Positions 25,743-38,437 of a DNA stretch of 64,000 nt are shown here, piece after piece. The DNA lies in contig NC_085841.1 of the NCBI RefSeq assembly GCF_035594765.1, positions 331,895,402 to 331,959,401 of the forward strand, in the 5' to 3' direction. Origin of the DNA: Anolis carolinensis. Taxonomy: Eukaryota. Made by a program: the position numbers and the translations under genes. Within the stretch, counting starts at the first letter, position 1. The number at the start of each line of letters is the position of its first letter. Below the pieces are notes generated by a model. It was not told where the DNA came from. It saw only the letters and a list, made by a program, of their open reading frames with translations, and searched no databases.

Positions 25743-27998
25743 GCCTCATAGTTATAAATGGAGTGATAGGTTTTTATAACCGATAATGCTGTTTTGTATT
25801 GTTTTATAACATTTAATATGATTTTATTATTATTTGTTTTGCACACTGCCCCAATGGGTTTCAGAAAGCTGGTATATAAATACACAAACATTGACTACTA
25901 CTCACAATATGCATTAACTTCCATAAATTTATCCAATACTTTTTTCAAACTGCTAAATTGATATCTTGTAACTAATCACATCCTTTAAATTTGCGAAGTG
26001 AGAAAAAAAGTCATTTCTTTCATCTGCTCTGAAATTTCCACTAGCAGTCTTCATTGGATGAATGTTGGATTAGAGTTTTATGAAAGACAGAGGAAAATGT
26101 TTTGATTTTTTTCAAATTCCATACAACTTCATCATGTTCATTCTTACTTCCCTTTTTCTAAGCTATAAACGGATCCAAAAGGAGAGTTTGTTCAGCCTCT
26201 TGATAATTTAGGTTGCCCTTAGGTAGATGAATGCCAGAGGATGCTAGATGTTATCCACAACTATTTTACTTTCTGGTTTTACTTTGTGATATACTTGAGC
26301 AAGTTTGCACATGTAAAGCTGCTATACTAAATATATTGGTGCTGCTATTACTGTACACCTTGGACAGACATGTTGAATGTTGTCTGGTGAGTAGGTGGCT
26401 TCCTTAACTTCTACACACCAAGAAACTTTCAACGTAATACATCTGTGTTTGCTATTCAGTGCATCTAAGTTCACAAAGATGTTGGCACTCGTAGTCAATT
26501 CAGTTATCCACATGTTACTCCTAATGCAGCTTGAATGCTATGAACCATGTAAAAGTGAGGTATATTGACAGGCCTAAGGGGAAATCCAAATTTTGGGTAT
26601 CTGCATTACAGTGGGACACATCAACTTGGAACACACCAACAATTGAACCTAGGACCTCAAGGATACAAAGCATCTATGATGAAAAGAGCTCATCTCATCT
26701 TCTGTAAGAAATTCCTTCAAATCAAGTATGCCTCTTGGATGTGAATTCTAAGCAAAGTCAAGGGCTTACTGTATTGTATACTACGCATTTCCAATCTGGT
26801 GCCCTCTAGAGATTATGGCTCAACCATACTGGCTAGTGTTAATGGGAGTGATAGTCCAGGCATTCTGGAGAGCATCTGTTTGGAGAAGTCTTCTGTATAT
26901 TTCCATATCAGTGGTCACACTAGGTTCCATGTTCCTAAAACCTGAAAAACAAGTACTACATTTGCCAGTTCCTTCTAATTTTTACTGAGTGTTCTTCTGA
27001 AAGCATTAATTGTTGCCAAGATGAAATTAAAAGGGACAGCCAGAAGTATCTCATACCACTGTGGCTTGCTGCGTTTCCCATAAGAATCCCAGAAAAATAA
27101 TTATAATCACAGGGCTCTCTTTCAACTATCAACTGATGGCTTTGATTAATCAATTTCATCTTCAAATATGGTACAAGAGATTTCAGTGTCTGTGCATGTA
27201 CAAAGTTGTTGAGCTACTACACTACATGAAGACTGCTTACAGCCTTTTAAAACGTTATTTAAAATTACCTAGCCACTGTGTACATTCAGGAGCAAAGCTA
27301 GATTTAATTTTTCTCTCTCCTAAACTAACAGTTATCTCCTAAATTTCACTAAAGCTTTGGAATGCATTTTAATCTATGATCAAACTATATATGTATGCCA
27401 AAAATCCATAGCCACTGGTGCCAATGTTTCTCTACGCTGCATTTTTGAACCTATCCTATAATGAAGTATACTATTTATATCACATAAGTTAAAATGAAAG
27501 GGACAATGATGTCTGCAATAAAAAAACTGGTATCTCACAAGGATGAATTAAGATTTGCTTCATGAAAAAGGTAGATTATCTTACAAAACCAGCTAGAGAA
27601 GACTGGGGAAACACCAAAGAACTTTGAAGATAAAGAAAGCTTCCACATTCTCCAATGCATGGTTCAATGCTAGTTAAGCATAGAAAGAGGGGCTGGTTTT
27701 TTTTAATGACTTTTGAGAGTGAAAGAGTAATCTAATCTAAACAATCTAAAGTCTTTTCTGCAACTCTTGAAACAGTTACATTTTCCTGTTTTCAGAGTGG
27801 TGTTTCCTTCTCTGCTGCCAGACTCTGGGCTTAAATAGGAGCTATTAGGAGATGGATGGAAAAACTTCTTGTTGATCACAAGATATAATCTGACATCCTA
27901 TCCTGTTTTTCTAAGATGCTAAATGAAACCATTTTAGTGCTTGGCTTGATATGACCACTTGCAGGGAAATATTTCTTTCTCAGCTTTTTATTATAAAA

Positions 27999-29106
27999 CT
28001 AGCTTGGGGATCCGGCAATGCCCGGGTTATTTGAAAAAGGCATTACAGTATTTGTTTTTGGATGTTGGGTATTCTCAGTTTGGTGTGGGTGAATTACAAT
28101 TCCCAGAATAGTGGATCAATTGTCCCCAAACCCTGGCAATATTCAAAGTTGGCCATTTTGGGTCTGTGTACCAAGTTTGGTTCAGATCTGCTGTTGGCTG
28201 GTCATCGTCTGGCTGCAGTGATCTCTGGATGAGGGTGAACTACAACTCTCAGATTCTTGGGGCAATCTTCCCAAAATAGCTGTCAGTATTCAAGGTAGGC
28301 CATGTTGAGTCTGTGTATCAAGTTTGGTCCAGAGACATCATTGGTTGAGTTCAGTGTTCTCTGAATACGGGTGAACTATAACTCTCTTGATGCCAAGGTC
28401 AATCATCCCAAGTTGGCAGCACTGAGTCTGTGCGTCAAGTTTGGTCCAGTTCCGTCATTGGTCGGGTTCAGAGAGCTCACAGAACAAAGGTAACTATAAC
28501 TCCCTGGGTTAAAGGTCAATCACCCCAAAGTCCACCAGTATTCCCAGTTGGCGATGTTGAATTTGTGTGCCAAGTTTGGCCCAGATCCCTCATCTGCTGG
28601 GTTCAGCATTCTCTAATTATGGGTGAACTATAACTCCTGGATGTCAAGATCAGTCACCCCCCAAACCCTGCTAGTATGCAAAGCTGGCATGTTGGGTCTG
28701 TGTGCCAAGTGAGTTCGAGATCCATGGTTGGTGGGAATCAGAGTGCTCTTAGATTCCAGGTGGACTATACATCCCAGTCCCTACAACTCCTATAAATTAG
28801 GTTAAATTCTCCCCAAACCTCTCTCCAGTATGTTCAGTTGCCGACCAATTCCTGTTTGCTGTGTGCCACAGAAAAGAATAGGAAAGGGTTAAGGGAAAGA
28901 CCATGGGCGGAGTCATGCAAATGTCGAGAGAAAGGAATAACTGGGATGTGCTCACTCTAACCCACAATGTCCTGGGAGGGAGTGACTTGGTAGCTTCCCA
29001 GGACTGGGAACTATAGCCTGTTTGTGGAGGCCGGAGGCTGTTTGTGTGAGCGGACACCTGTGCCACATACACATATACAAATTTTCACTTTTATTATGTG
29101 TATAGA
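27999..29106 (-). mobile_element. Non-autonomous Helitron
   Basis: Minus strand starts TCTATACACATAATAAAAG and ends with a GC hairpin (CCGGGCATTGCCGG) followed by CTAG, inserted between A and T; internal repeats of about 140 bp (GGGTGAACTA...CAAGTTTGG). Confidence 0.85.
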
Positions 29107-29329
29107 TATAGATATAACAATTGTAACCCTTATAAAATACATCTTTATATCAGTTTTATCAAAATAGGTTAAAATGAAATGTAGTAAGCATTATTTGGGG
29201 AGCGGGTTATGTATTGATTCTGTCCAAAAATTACTATGCAATATGGCTGTACTCTTTGATTTTATTTCTTGTGGTTCAAATGGTCGATAAAGGGCAACCA
29301 CACAGACTCAGGAGAATCACAGTTTTTGT

Positions 29330-30300
29330 TCCTTTACCTGTCCAGTTCTACCCTCTGAAGCAGCAACGGACAAGCCTGCATCCTATTCTTTGTGACAGCC
29401 ATTGTGAGATATTTAAGGAGCGCAACTGTGTCAACACTCAATCTTATTTTTACCAAGGTGAATGAGCCCAGCTACTTCAAACTCACCTCATATGTTTGGT
29501 TTTCTGTACTTATCATCTTTGTTGCCCTTTTCCGAACTCACCTCAACTTGTCTAAATCCCTTTTAAAATTAGGCACCCAGAACTGAACATAATATTCCAG
29601 ATAAGGCCTGACCAGCACAAAACACAGAGGGACTATTCTTTCCCTCAAATTGGAAGCTATTTTTATATTAATGTAGGCAGAGACCCTTTCTATAAAGCTG
29701 TATAAAATCCAAATTATCTGCTTTGAACTGGGTTATATGGCAGTGTAAACTCTGATAATCCAGTTCAAAGCAGATAATCTGGATTATCTGCATTGGTATT
29801 TTGGCAGTGTAGAAGGGCCGTAAAATAGCATTTGCCTTCTTTGCTACAGTAACATGTTCAATTTATCATCAAAAATAATTCCAAGGTCCCTTTCATATGT
29901 AGTACTGCATAGCCAAGTATCCCCATCGTACACCAGTGTGTTTGGTTTTTGTGGCCTATATGTAATATTTTTCATTTGTCTCTGTTGAATTTCATTACAT
30001 TAATTTCAGCCCAATATTCTAGTTTATTTTGAATCATATGCAATTTTGATAAGAATTCCTTCAACTCCATTATCTAAATGATTTATTAAAAATATTAAAG
30101 AGTATTGAACCATGCAACATTCCACTTGAGACCTACTTTCAGTCTGAAGCAGACACTGAAGACAACTCTCTGGCTACAGTTTCCCAAACAATTGCGATTC
30201 ATCTGATGGTGTTTCTATCTATTCGATATTTAGTCAGTTTGATAATTAAAATATAATAGGGGATCTTATCAAATGTTTTGCTGAAATCCACATAAAGGGC
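29330..30300 (-). mobile_element. Old degenerate CR1 RT fragment with nested palindromic MITE (about 29683-29820)
   Basis: Minus-strand remnants YVDFSKTFDKIP and LVRPYLEYYVQFWVP; the nested element has inverted ATTATCTGCTTTGAACTGG / CCAGTTCAAAGCAGATAAT arms. Confidence 0.75.
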
Positions 30301-31609
30301 ATACACAGCGCAAAGATTATAAACACAATTTTTAATTTGTTCATTAAAAAGACCTAGTCTTCTTCCCTTCATATAACTCAACAAGTAGGACAGGCAGGCT
30401 ATTTGTAATTTAATATATGGACATCTCAGCTGTCATAACACCATGATGCCTGCTAAGCGAATCTGGCATTTAAGGCGTGCCACGCATTTATTCCTAGAGA
30501 CTGTGGATTGGTACTTTCCCCTTTTATGTTGGGAGTACAGCAGTTGATGTTCTGCTTATAACATAATCCTCCCTACCCCCACACTTGTTTTAAAGTTGCA
30601 TGACAGATTCTTGGCACTTGGAAGCACAACAGCTTTTTAATGTTCTATCAGCTCATCTCCTCACTCCATTTCTAAGCAAGCATTTCTTTCCAGTTTATAC
30701 AAAAAGGGGCATGGACATCTCATTTTAAAGGGAAATATGAAACTTACACAACTTATACAATTAAGTGGTTAAGAGGTTACCTGTTATGATATCCATCTGC
30801 TCAAAGAAAAAAAAAACTGATAGCCGTGTCTGATATGAATGCTGATAGAAGAAACCCCTTATGCTTCAGTTACTCTATAGATGCTTAAAGTGTCGTCCAA
30901 CACCAAAAGGCTACCCTACACATTTCCCCTTTTGGAATGAGAAGTATTTAAGGGCTGGCCAACAAATCAAATTACTGGGATCAGAACATTGATAGTGATC
31001 CTAAAAAACTAGAACAAAGCTCATCTCTAAATTCTTTGCACTTCAGAGTTTCAAATTGCAGTGGACAATTATTAGCTTTGATAAGATTAACACCTTCAAA
31101 ATGTAATGTAAAGAAGTTTCAAGCAACAGGGGACTAAACGAAACAATGCATTTAATGCATGGTTCTGTTTTAAGTATCCAATTCAAATTACATTACAGAA
31201 CAAGGAGAGCTAACACCTTGGCACCAGTCTGTTATTCCCCAAAAAATCCTCATATTTAACCAATGCAGTTCTATACAGGGAAGGGACTACTTGTACCAAT
31301 GGTAGAGAAATAATTAGCAAATGGTAACATTGCAGACCAAATCCAGACAAAGACAGGTATATGAACAATTAACAGAGGCTTTTCATAAGAAGGACATTGT
31401 TTGCTTCTCCTGGAAAGCCATCATGTATTAGACAACACTGATCATATATTTCACAAATCCATCCTTCCCATGTACTGATATAGTCAGGAACTAGCTATTT
31501 GTATTAGCTTATAACAAAAGTGCTAAAATTATAACCTGATTCCCCCACTGACTAATACATTTTAGCTTTTTGTAAATGAGTCTATGACAAACCAAATCAC
31601 ATGAACTGC

Positions 31610-31815
31610 ATTCTGACGAATTTTAAACTTTCACTCTATGTCTAACTTCTGTTTTGTGTATTTTAATATGTATTTTATGTAAATATGTTTTAATATGTGT
31701 GTTCTATGGAGTGTTTTTAAATGATTATGTGCTTTGATTATGTGTTTTAGCAATGTTGTAACCCGTCTTGAGCCGTGAGGAGAGGCGGGTAAGAAACAAC
31801 AACAACAACAACAGA
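31610..31815 (+). mobile_element. L2-like LINE 3' tail
   Basis: T-rich tract, then GTAACCCGTCTTGAGCC...AGGCGGGTAAG stem-loop and (AAC)n tail. Confidence 0.6.
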
Positions 31816-33044
31816 AATATGGTTATTTACTTCCTTTTTGACCAAACTGTGAATTGCAAACATTTGTTGGAGACTCTTATTGCTATAATGCAGAAGCCCG
31901 TTTCTTTAAAGGTATTAGATTTAAAATACTAGAAATGAAATCATAAAAATGATGTTGAACATAAAACTATACCACGCCATCAGATCAGTAACCTATTATC
32001 TGTTTTTCTCTAGTCACTGAAATAACATGGTATGTATATCATAGTCTTTAAGTACTCATATTACTGCTATTTATTATACCCTGTCATCAAATTTAATTGA
32101 TAAACTGAGGTGATTTTGCTACTATTGTGCTATGGGCATACAGTATTTAAAAGGGAGAAACATAAATATAAAAATTTACAATACAAATGCATTTTGTGAT
32201 AAAAGCTGACAATTGCCAGATAGTTCCTGTTCAAGTAATCATGGACACTAGTATTTGGACCTGTGCCAGTGACAGATGAAACACATTAAATGTCAGTTTC
32301 AAAGGGAATAAAAAAACCACAGGCTTGGAAAGGAAGGAACGAGCCAGAGTCTACAGATCGTCTGCTGAGTTGACCGCAATGCTTTGATCTGTTTTCTTTA
32401 GATATACTTATGCCTTATGGAGTAAAGCCTAAAAAGAATGTTTGCATCATGTATGCAAAGAAAGAGTGAATACAGAAAGATTTAAACAAAAAGAGATAAT
32501 CAGTACTACAGCATTGGGCAGTAAACATGCTCAGTCCCATAACCTTTTTTCCAAATCTGCTTTTAGGCATCTAACCAAGAAGCCACATAGAATGGGAGCA
32601 TCATGAACATATACTAACACCATGCTTTTTAAAGACATGGAATTTGTTGACTTCAGAGGCGTGTGCTCTATGGGGAACATTTACAAGGCATTCCATGGAA
32701 ACAATTTAAGTGCTTTATATAACAGTGAGTGTGGGCTATATTTACCATGTGTTTCTTTTTGCTTGAGGTCAGTATCACAGCTAACTACTCATCTGAATTC
32801 AGAACCACAGTACATTTGCCACAATCCAGTTGTGTATGCTTACAGATAGAAGAAGCTAGGGTAGTGGATCAAGGAAGAGATGATATCCTTTTCTAAGCAA
32901 TCAATATCTCTGAGACACTAAAAGCAGAGTTTTAGGTGACAAAGGATGCTGAAGAAAAGAATAATGTCCTGTTGAAGACACAAATGGACTGCACAGAGAG
33001 GGGATCTACTTCCTTCTGAAGCTATTGATGAAGGTTCTTTCATT

Positions 33045-33649
33045 AGAGGGTGTCAACCAAGTTTGTGTAATCCACAGCTCAACACAGCTATGAATGCAGC
33101 GCAACACAAAATTGTCAACTTATTTAAAACATTTTGAGATTTTTAGTCTTTACTTGATTTTGCTTGACTTTTATAAGACCTATCCTCCCGGACACAAATA
33201 TCTCTTGCTCCATCTCATCACTTTTTGGCACCACTTACATTTGTGAGCAACTATTTTCAAGGATAAAGCAAACAAAGAGTATAATTAGAACCAAAATATC
33301 TGATAAGCACCTTGAGAACTCACTGAGAATTGCAGTTACTTCTATCAAACCAGATACGGATGTATTAGTTTCTCAAAAACAGTATCAAATATTCCACTAG
33401 TTTTATGTTACCTCATTTTCTTTTACTTTTATAATGAAACTATTTTTTTAAAATAACAAAGTTTTATTATTTAGAAATAATTAGGATTATGATGCAAGGA
33501 CATTTTTTTGCTTCTCTGTGATGGAGGGTATCATGAAAATTATGAACTTTTTCTGTTCATCAGTTATCACAAGTGGCAGTGTTTTTGAGGCCCAAGACAT
33601 TCTTTTTCATCCAATTTGGTCCAGGGAAGCCAAAAGACTAGAAACCCCG
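33045..33649 (+). mobile_element. Internally deleted hAT (Charlie/OC1/SPIN-like) transposon retaining the transposase C-terminus
   Basis: ORF 33164-33400 encodes SLFGTTYICEQLFSRIKQTKS...HLENSLRIA, a hAT dimerisation domain; right end GGCCCAAGAC...CCAGGGAAGCCAAAAGACTAGAAACCCC resembles Charlie-family termini. Confidence 0.8.
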
Positions 33650-33833
33650 ATTCGATTCGGGCAACTAAAAATGGGAATTTGGGGAGGGGGAGCGAGGTGA
33701 ATATGGGTTTGGTATACTGTAAAATCATAAATATTGATGTTTGTCACATGTAGAATTCATCCAAAACTTACTCCAGCCCTTGCTAGTCCCAATTTAGTTT
33801 GCTAAAATAGCTATATTCCAGAGGCTCATTGAG

Positions 33834-33950
33834 CTGCTGCTGCTCAGTCGTTTACTCGTCTCCGACTCTTCGTGACCTCATGGACCAGTCCACGCCAGAG
33901 CTTCCTGTCGGTCGTCACCGCCCCCAGTTCCTTCAAGGTCAACCCAGTCA
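33834..33950 (-). mobile_element. RTE/BovB-type 3' end
   Basis: Minus strand reads TGGTCCATGAGGTCACGAAGAGTCGGAGACGA followed by a (CAG)n tail, the RTE/BovB 3' terminal motif. Confidence 0.7.
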
Positions 33951-34579
33951 TTGTACTAAAAGAAATTAATGTAGCCCATGGCAATATCCCAAGATATTAG
34001 CATAACTCAGGACTCTATAATTGAGTTTTACCTAGGTCTAGCCAAAGAATTCAACGCAATGGCCCGAGAAAGTCAATACTGGAAGCATTCATTACCTATA
34101 ACTCAAAAATATGAAGGTCATGAAACTGGAGTGAGATTACTAAAATATAGAACAGAGATGAGTGTGAAAAAAGTACTTCCAAAAATATAAACTGACAACT
34201 CAGATCTCAAGATACTTGAGGAGAGTCAGATTACTAAGTGGGAAAGAATACACCAGAGCAAATTACTCTATCTTGTTGTCTTTCATAAAGATCAAGTTAA
34301 ACAAAATGTGACATGATTTGTTTAGAAAGATGCATAAATGATAGCTACTATTTGTAATTATTATTGTTACTAGTAATATTACTACTAGCAGTAATTGTTG
34401 TTATCAGGTGTCTTCAAGTAATTTCGGACTAATATCATGACTTAATTTTCTAAAGAAGCCATATGGCCATCCACACTAACATGTTTCCTTAATATTAATA
34501 TGCAACATAAAATGTAAAACCATTTTACAAAACCATTTTAAATATCAAATTTCCATGAAAGAATAGTAAAAATCCTAAC

Positions 34580-34690
34580 TTTGCCCTTGTCCTAGGTAGA
34601 TTTCTTATGGCATATCGACAGAGTGGTATGCCACTTTGTCGATATGCAGTGCTTGGTAACAGCACTGCAATGTCTGTTGGCGGTACACAT
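34580..34690 (-). other. Candidate unannotated cassette (poison) or alternative-last exon in SPTLC2 intron 9
   Basis: Acceptor TTTTTTCCTTTGTTTGAACAG; in the exon-9 phase it reads DVYRQQTLQCCYQALHIDKVAYHSVDMP* (TAA at 34605-34607); possible donor AAA/GTTAGG at 34579; contains two strong hairpins. Confidence 0.5.
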
Positions 34691-35749
34691 CTGTTCAAAC
34701 AAAGGAAAAAAGTAATTCACCAAGGAGTGAACAATTCAAATCGTTTCTTCTGACATCTTGGACAGATTTTTGAAAAGTGGAAGAGAAGCAGGGAAGTCAT
34801 TTTAAACTACACATACACTTGCAATGTGTGCTAGTAAGCCACATAGGAAAGTTTACTAACACACTCAGCATCTGTGAACTTTCTTCTAAAAGGAGCAAAA
34901 GATTCTACTGAAAATTAGATGAACAGAGAATTTCTGGAGCCTACTCTTATGCCTTGTGGGAGTACAAGGGGAGGAGCAGTTTGTTAGATTTAAAAGACCC
35001 CCTGCCAGAAGCACAACCCCAGTACGTGATGTTTAAAGCTGTCAGTCCCCTGAGGAGAAGCAGGAAACTCTTTATGACCCCCAAAGTATTTGTTTTCCCA
35101 ACAGCTCCTTGGCACAGCTTGGGATTCTTGAGGTCAGCAACAACAAAAAAAAGTTTTGCTCTGCCCAAATTAGTTTTGACTAGTCCCTGGGTTCCCAAAG
35201 TGATAATTTAACACCTCATTAACAAGTCACTTATTGGAGGAAATTCAAAATGAGAGGTGCTTACGGTATAACTGAACATTTTCAGCCTCCCTGTAAAGGG
35301 TGTCGTTTAATCATATGTAAGAGGACATTCTCAACCCCATTCAACGAAAGGCTTAATTTCCAAAAGCAAGGGATAGCAATTCAGCACAACCGAAAAATGC
35401 ATAGCTCTGTGTGCTACTTAAAAATACAGCTCAGTTATTACACATCAGGTCATGGGTAAGTTTTATTAATCTCAACATGTTTTCAAGGTTTTGGTTCAAA
35501 TATTATAGCATTTTTAATTCCACCAAAGTATTTTAATACATTTTTCACTCAAATATATTACTCCAATCTTTTCTTTGCAAAATCACAATTACGCTACGTA
35601 TATCTAAAATATACTAACCAAGGCTCCTAGATTAACCATTTTCCAAACAATGAAGATATTCAGTATGTTTTAAATATTTGTTATACCTTGATAGCAAGCA
35701 TATGTTATTGAACTTGAAAACTGAGCTCTCTAGTCCATATCTAATATTT

Positions 35750-35915
35750 GTGCCTTCAAATCAACTGCTGACTTATGGCGACTGCATTAATTTCATAGTT
35801 TTCTTAGGCAAGGAGGTTCTGCCAATTCTTTCCTCTGAAATATAGCCTACAGATCTGGTATTCTTTGGCTGCCTCCCATCCAAGTAATAATCAAGGTTGA
35901 GCGGATTTAGGCCTA
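35750..35915 (-). mobile_element. 5S rRNA-derived SINE fragment
   Basis: GCCTACAG..CTGGTATTC....GC..CTCCCATCCAAGTA.TAA.CA.GG is a degenerate reverse complement of the 5S rRNA 3' half, joined to a SINE body resembling the one at 9699. Confidence 0.6.
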
Positions 35916-38437
35916 CTCCATATCTTACTTAGCGTAAAAAGTCTTGGGCAGTTTCTTTCTAAAGTTGACCTTGTTTCAAAACAGTCTTCCTTCTAATAAA
36001 GCCAAAAATTTGTTTGCTGCAATTATATTAGAGATCATTTAAAACAGAAAACAAATGGTAAACATAATTTAGGAAACAGAACTGTAATCAAGATGGGCTT
36101 CATCATGGACTTCTGGAAATTTGGCCTGATCTGCATCAACCTTCTGAAAACCACCTCAAGCAAACATCTCAGAGGTCTGGGTATCTTTAACATTGATGTT
36201 GTTTCCTGAATGACTTTTCAACCATCTTTGCTAGTGGGCTCCAAAAGCTAGCGTGTATATTTTGCACCTTTTGTTTGGATATATTTTGGGTAACACAGTT
36301 CGCATCAGTCATGACTGGCTCTTCCCCCCCCCCCCCCAAATATCCTGGTGCATTACAACTGATCTTATCAGGACAACTGTATCACCATGCATGCTATGGT
36401 CAAACTGCAATCCCATGTGCACTTATTTAATTGGAAGTTCCACCAAACTAAGGAAATGTATTTCATGGAAAGGATCAGACTCACAATGCATCAATTATGA
36501 ATTCATTGCATACTTCTCAATATCAAAATCGATTAAGTAGTGAGAAGTTGCATAGAAATAGTCTGACTCTGGAAATAAAATAGATGAAGTTGGTTGTAGG
36601 CTATCCATTTGAGGAATTTCACTCACAAGGTAATCACTATCAGGGGGAATAGTGTCTCCCCTTGAGACTATCTGTGCCCCACACCATGTTGCTCCAGAGA
36701 CCCAGAAATCTTATAAAAGGGCATATCTGGGGTCCTAAAAAATGATATACAGCTAGGTAGACAACTTTTGGAGGTCTAGTGGCCACATATACACTGATGC
36801 TCCCTCCCCCATAAAATGAATCATCTTAAAAAAATCAAAATGCCCCTATGGATCTCTAGAGAACGAGAGGAAATATTGGATAGTACTATTTTGAGCCCAC
36901 GGAGGACATTTTTTCAAAGCACAAAGCAAACCAAAAATAATTTCATGTCTTAAGAAAGTCCTTCCCCCAGACATGACAGACATTTTTGAATGCATAAAAG
37001 TTGTAAACCTTGATGGATAGGAAAGTAGAAGTCTTTAGAGGCTACAAACATTGCTCTGAGGGTGACACATAGCCTACAAGGCCACATTTTTCTCATCCCT
37101 GAAAAACAGCATAAAAATGAAAAGAAGAAGCATTTTGCGCTGTACATCTAATTGTTTCTAAATTTATTTCTTTTACTATTTTAAAGATCTAAAATAATTT
37201 GCTTGTAGCCAGGAAATATCTATCCCTAGATAAAGCAATAGATTTTGACTCCAAAGTAAACTCATTATCTTTGGACCACTCTTGGGTCTTTTCTACAACA
37301 GTCTCAGGTTACACAAAATTTGTTCCAATTCTGGTGATTTTAAGAGAGTAACAAATTCCATCCCTTTTGTAAAATCAAATACAAAGAAAGGATAGATCCT
37401 GTTCACTCTTCTAGATTGTGGTTAAAGTCTTTTCCCCCAAAAAATGGCATTTCTCGCATATTTGAGGTATCCACTGTTCTTTGGTTATGTCAAACATCTT
37501 CATAGATATTTAGATACACTGAATAGGCACCTTACTATGCCGGTTTCACAATTTCAACAGCCTACTCACTTTGAAGTCATGTGTCAAAAATTACAAAATA
37601 TTCAAACAGCAAGAAAATGCCTATAAACCTTGGAGGTAAGGAGTATATATAATTCTCATGTACCAGACAATAAGACAATAGTAACCCCATCAGGAAAGAA
37701 ACAGAACCCCTATTATGAAGATAAAAGAAACAGATTCCTAAGAATATTATTCTTGTGCTTCTAATCTAGAAGCTGCTTGAATTAAGCTGGTTTTTTAGTC
37801 ATCTTCAATTGCAAAACACAGATACAAATACTGCCACAATTTGTATTTTTAAACTAACACGGACTACTTCAGACAGCACCCTGTGGATGGCCATTATGAA
37901 TGCCAGACAGAAACAATACCAGACACTGAAAGATTTGTTTGAACAAACAATAGGAAATAAAGGAAGGGAAGCTGCTATCTCCTTCCAGATTGCATGTTCA
38001 CGTGCTGTCACCTAATTAAGTCTATTCAGTCTTCATTAGCCTCTTGTCCCATTTCGGAAATGGTCATGCTGTTCTCTGTGGCATGTGTATTCTATCTAAA
38101 GTGCCTGCTGTTAACATCCTGTTTAGTTAAAAGAAATTTTCTGGAATGATGGCAAATATTTAACAATAGCCAATGTATTACAGAAGTGGGAAATAAATAT
38201 TCCTGCCTAAGTTTACACTTACTGAATGCTTCCAGAGACAATGGTAAAGTTGTTTATCCCCCATCTTTTCTCATTAAGAACATAAGACAAACCCTACTGG
38301 ATAAGCCCAATGGTATATCGAGTCCAGGAACCTGTTCCCACACTGCCCAATGCATTGCTTATAGGAAGCTTATGAGCAGGACATGAATGCAACAGTGGCT
38401 TCCTACTTTCATTTCCTGAGAAGCATGCTCTGTCCAA

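Noticed and set aside
32879-32913. C/D-box-like motifs (GATGAT...CTGA)
   Set aside because: Too short, antisense to the host gene, and no recognisable guide sequence.
35840-35900. 5S rRNA gene
   Set aside because: Partial, heavily mutated and fused to a SINE body.
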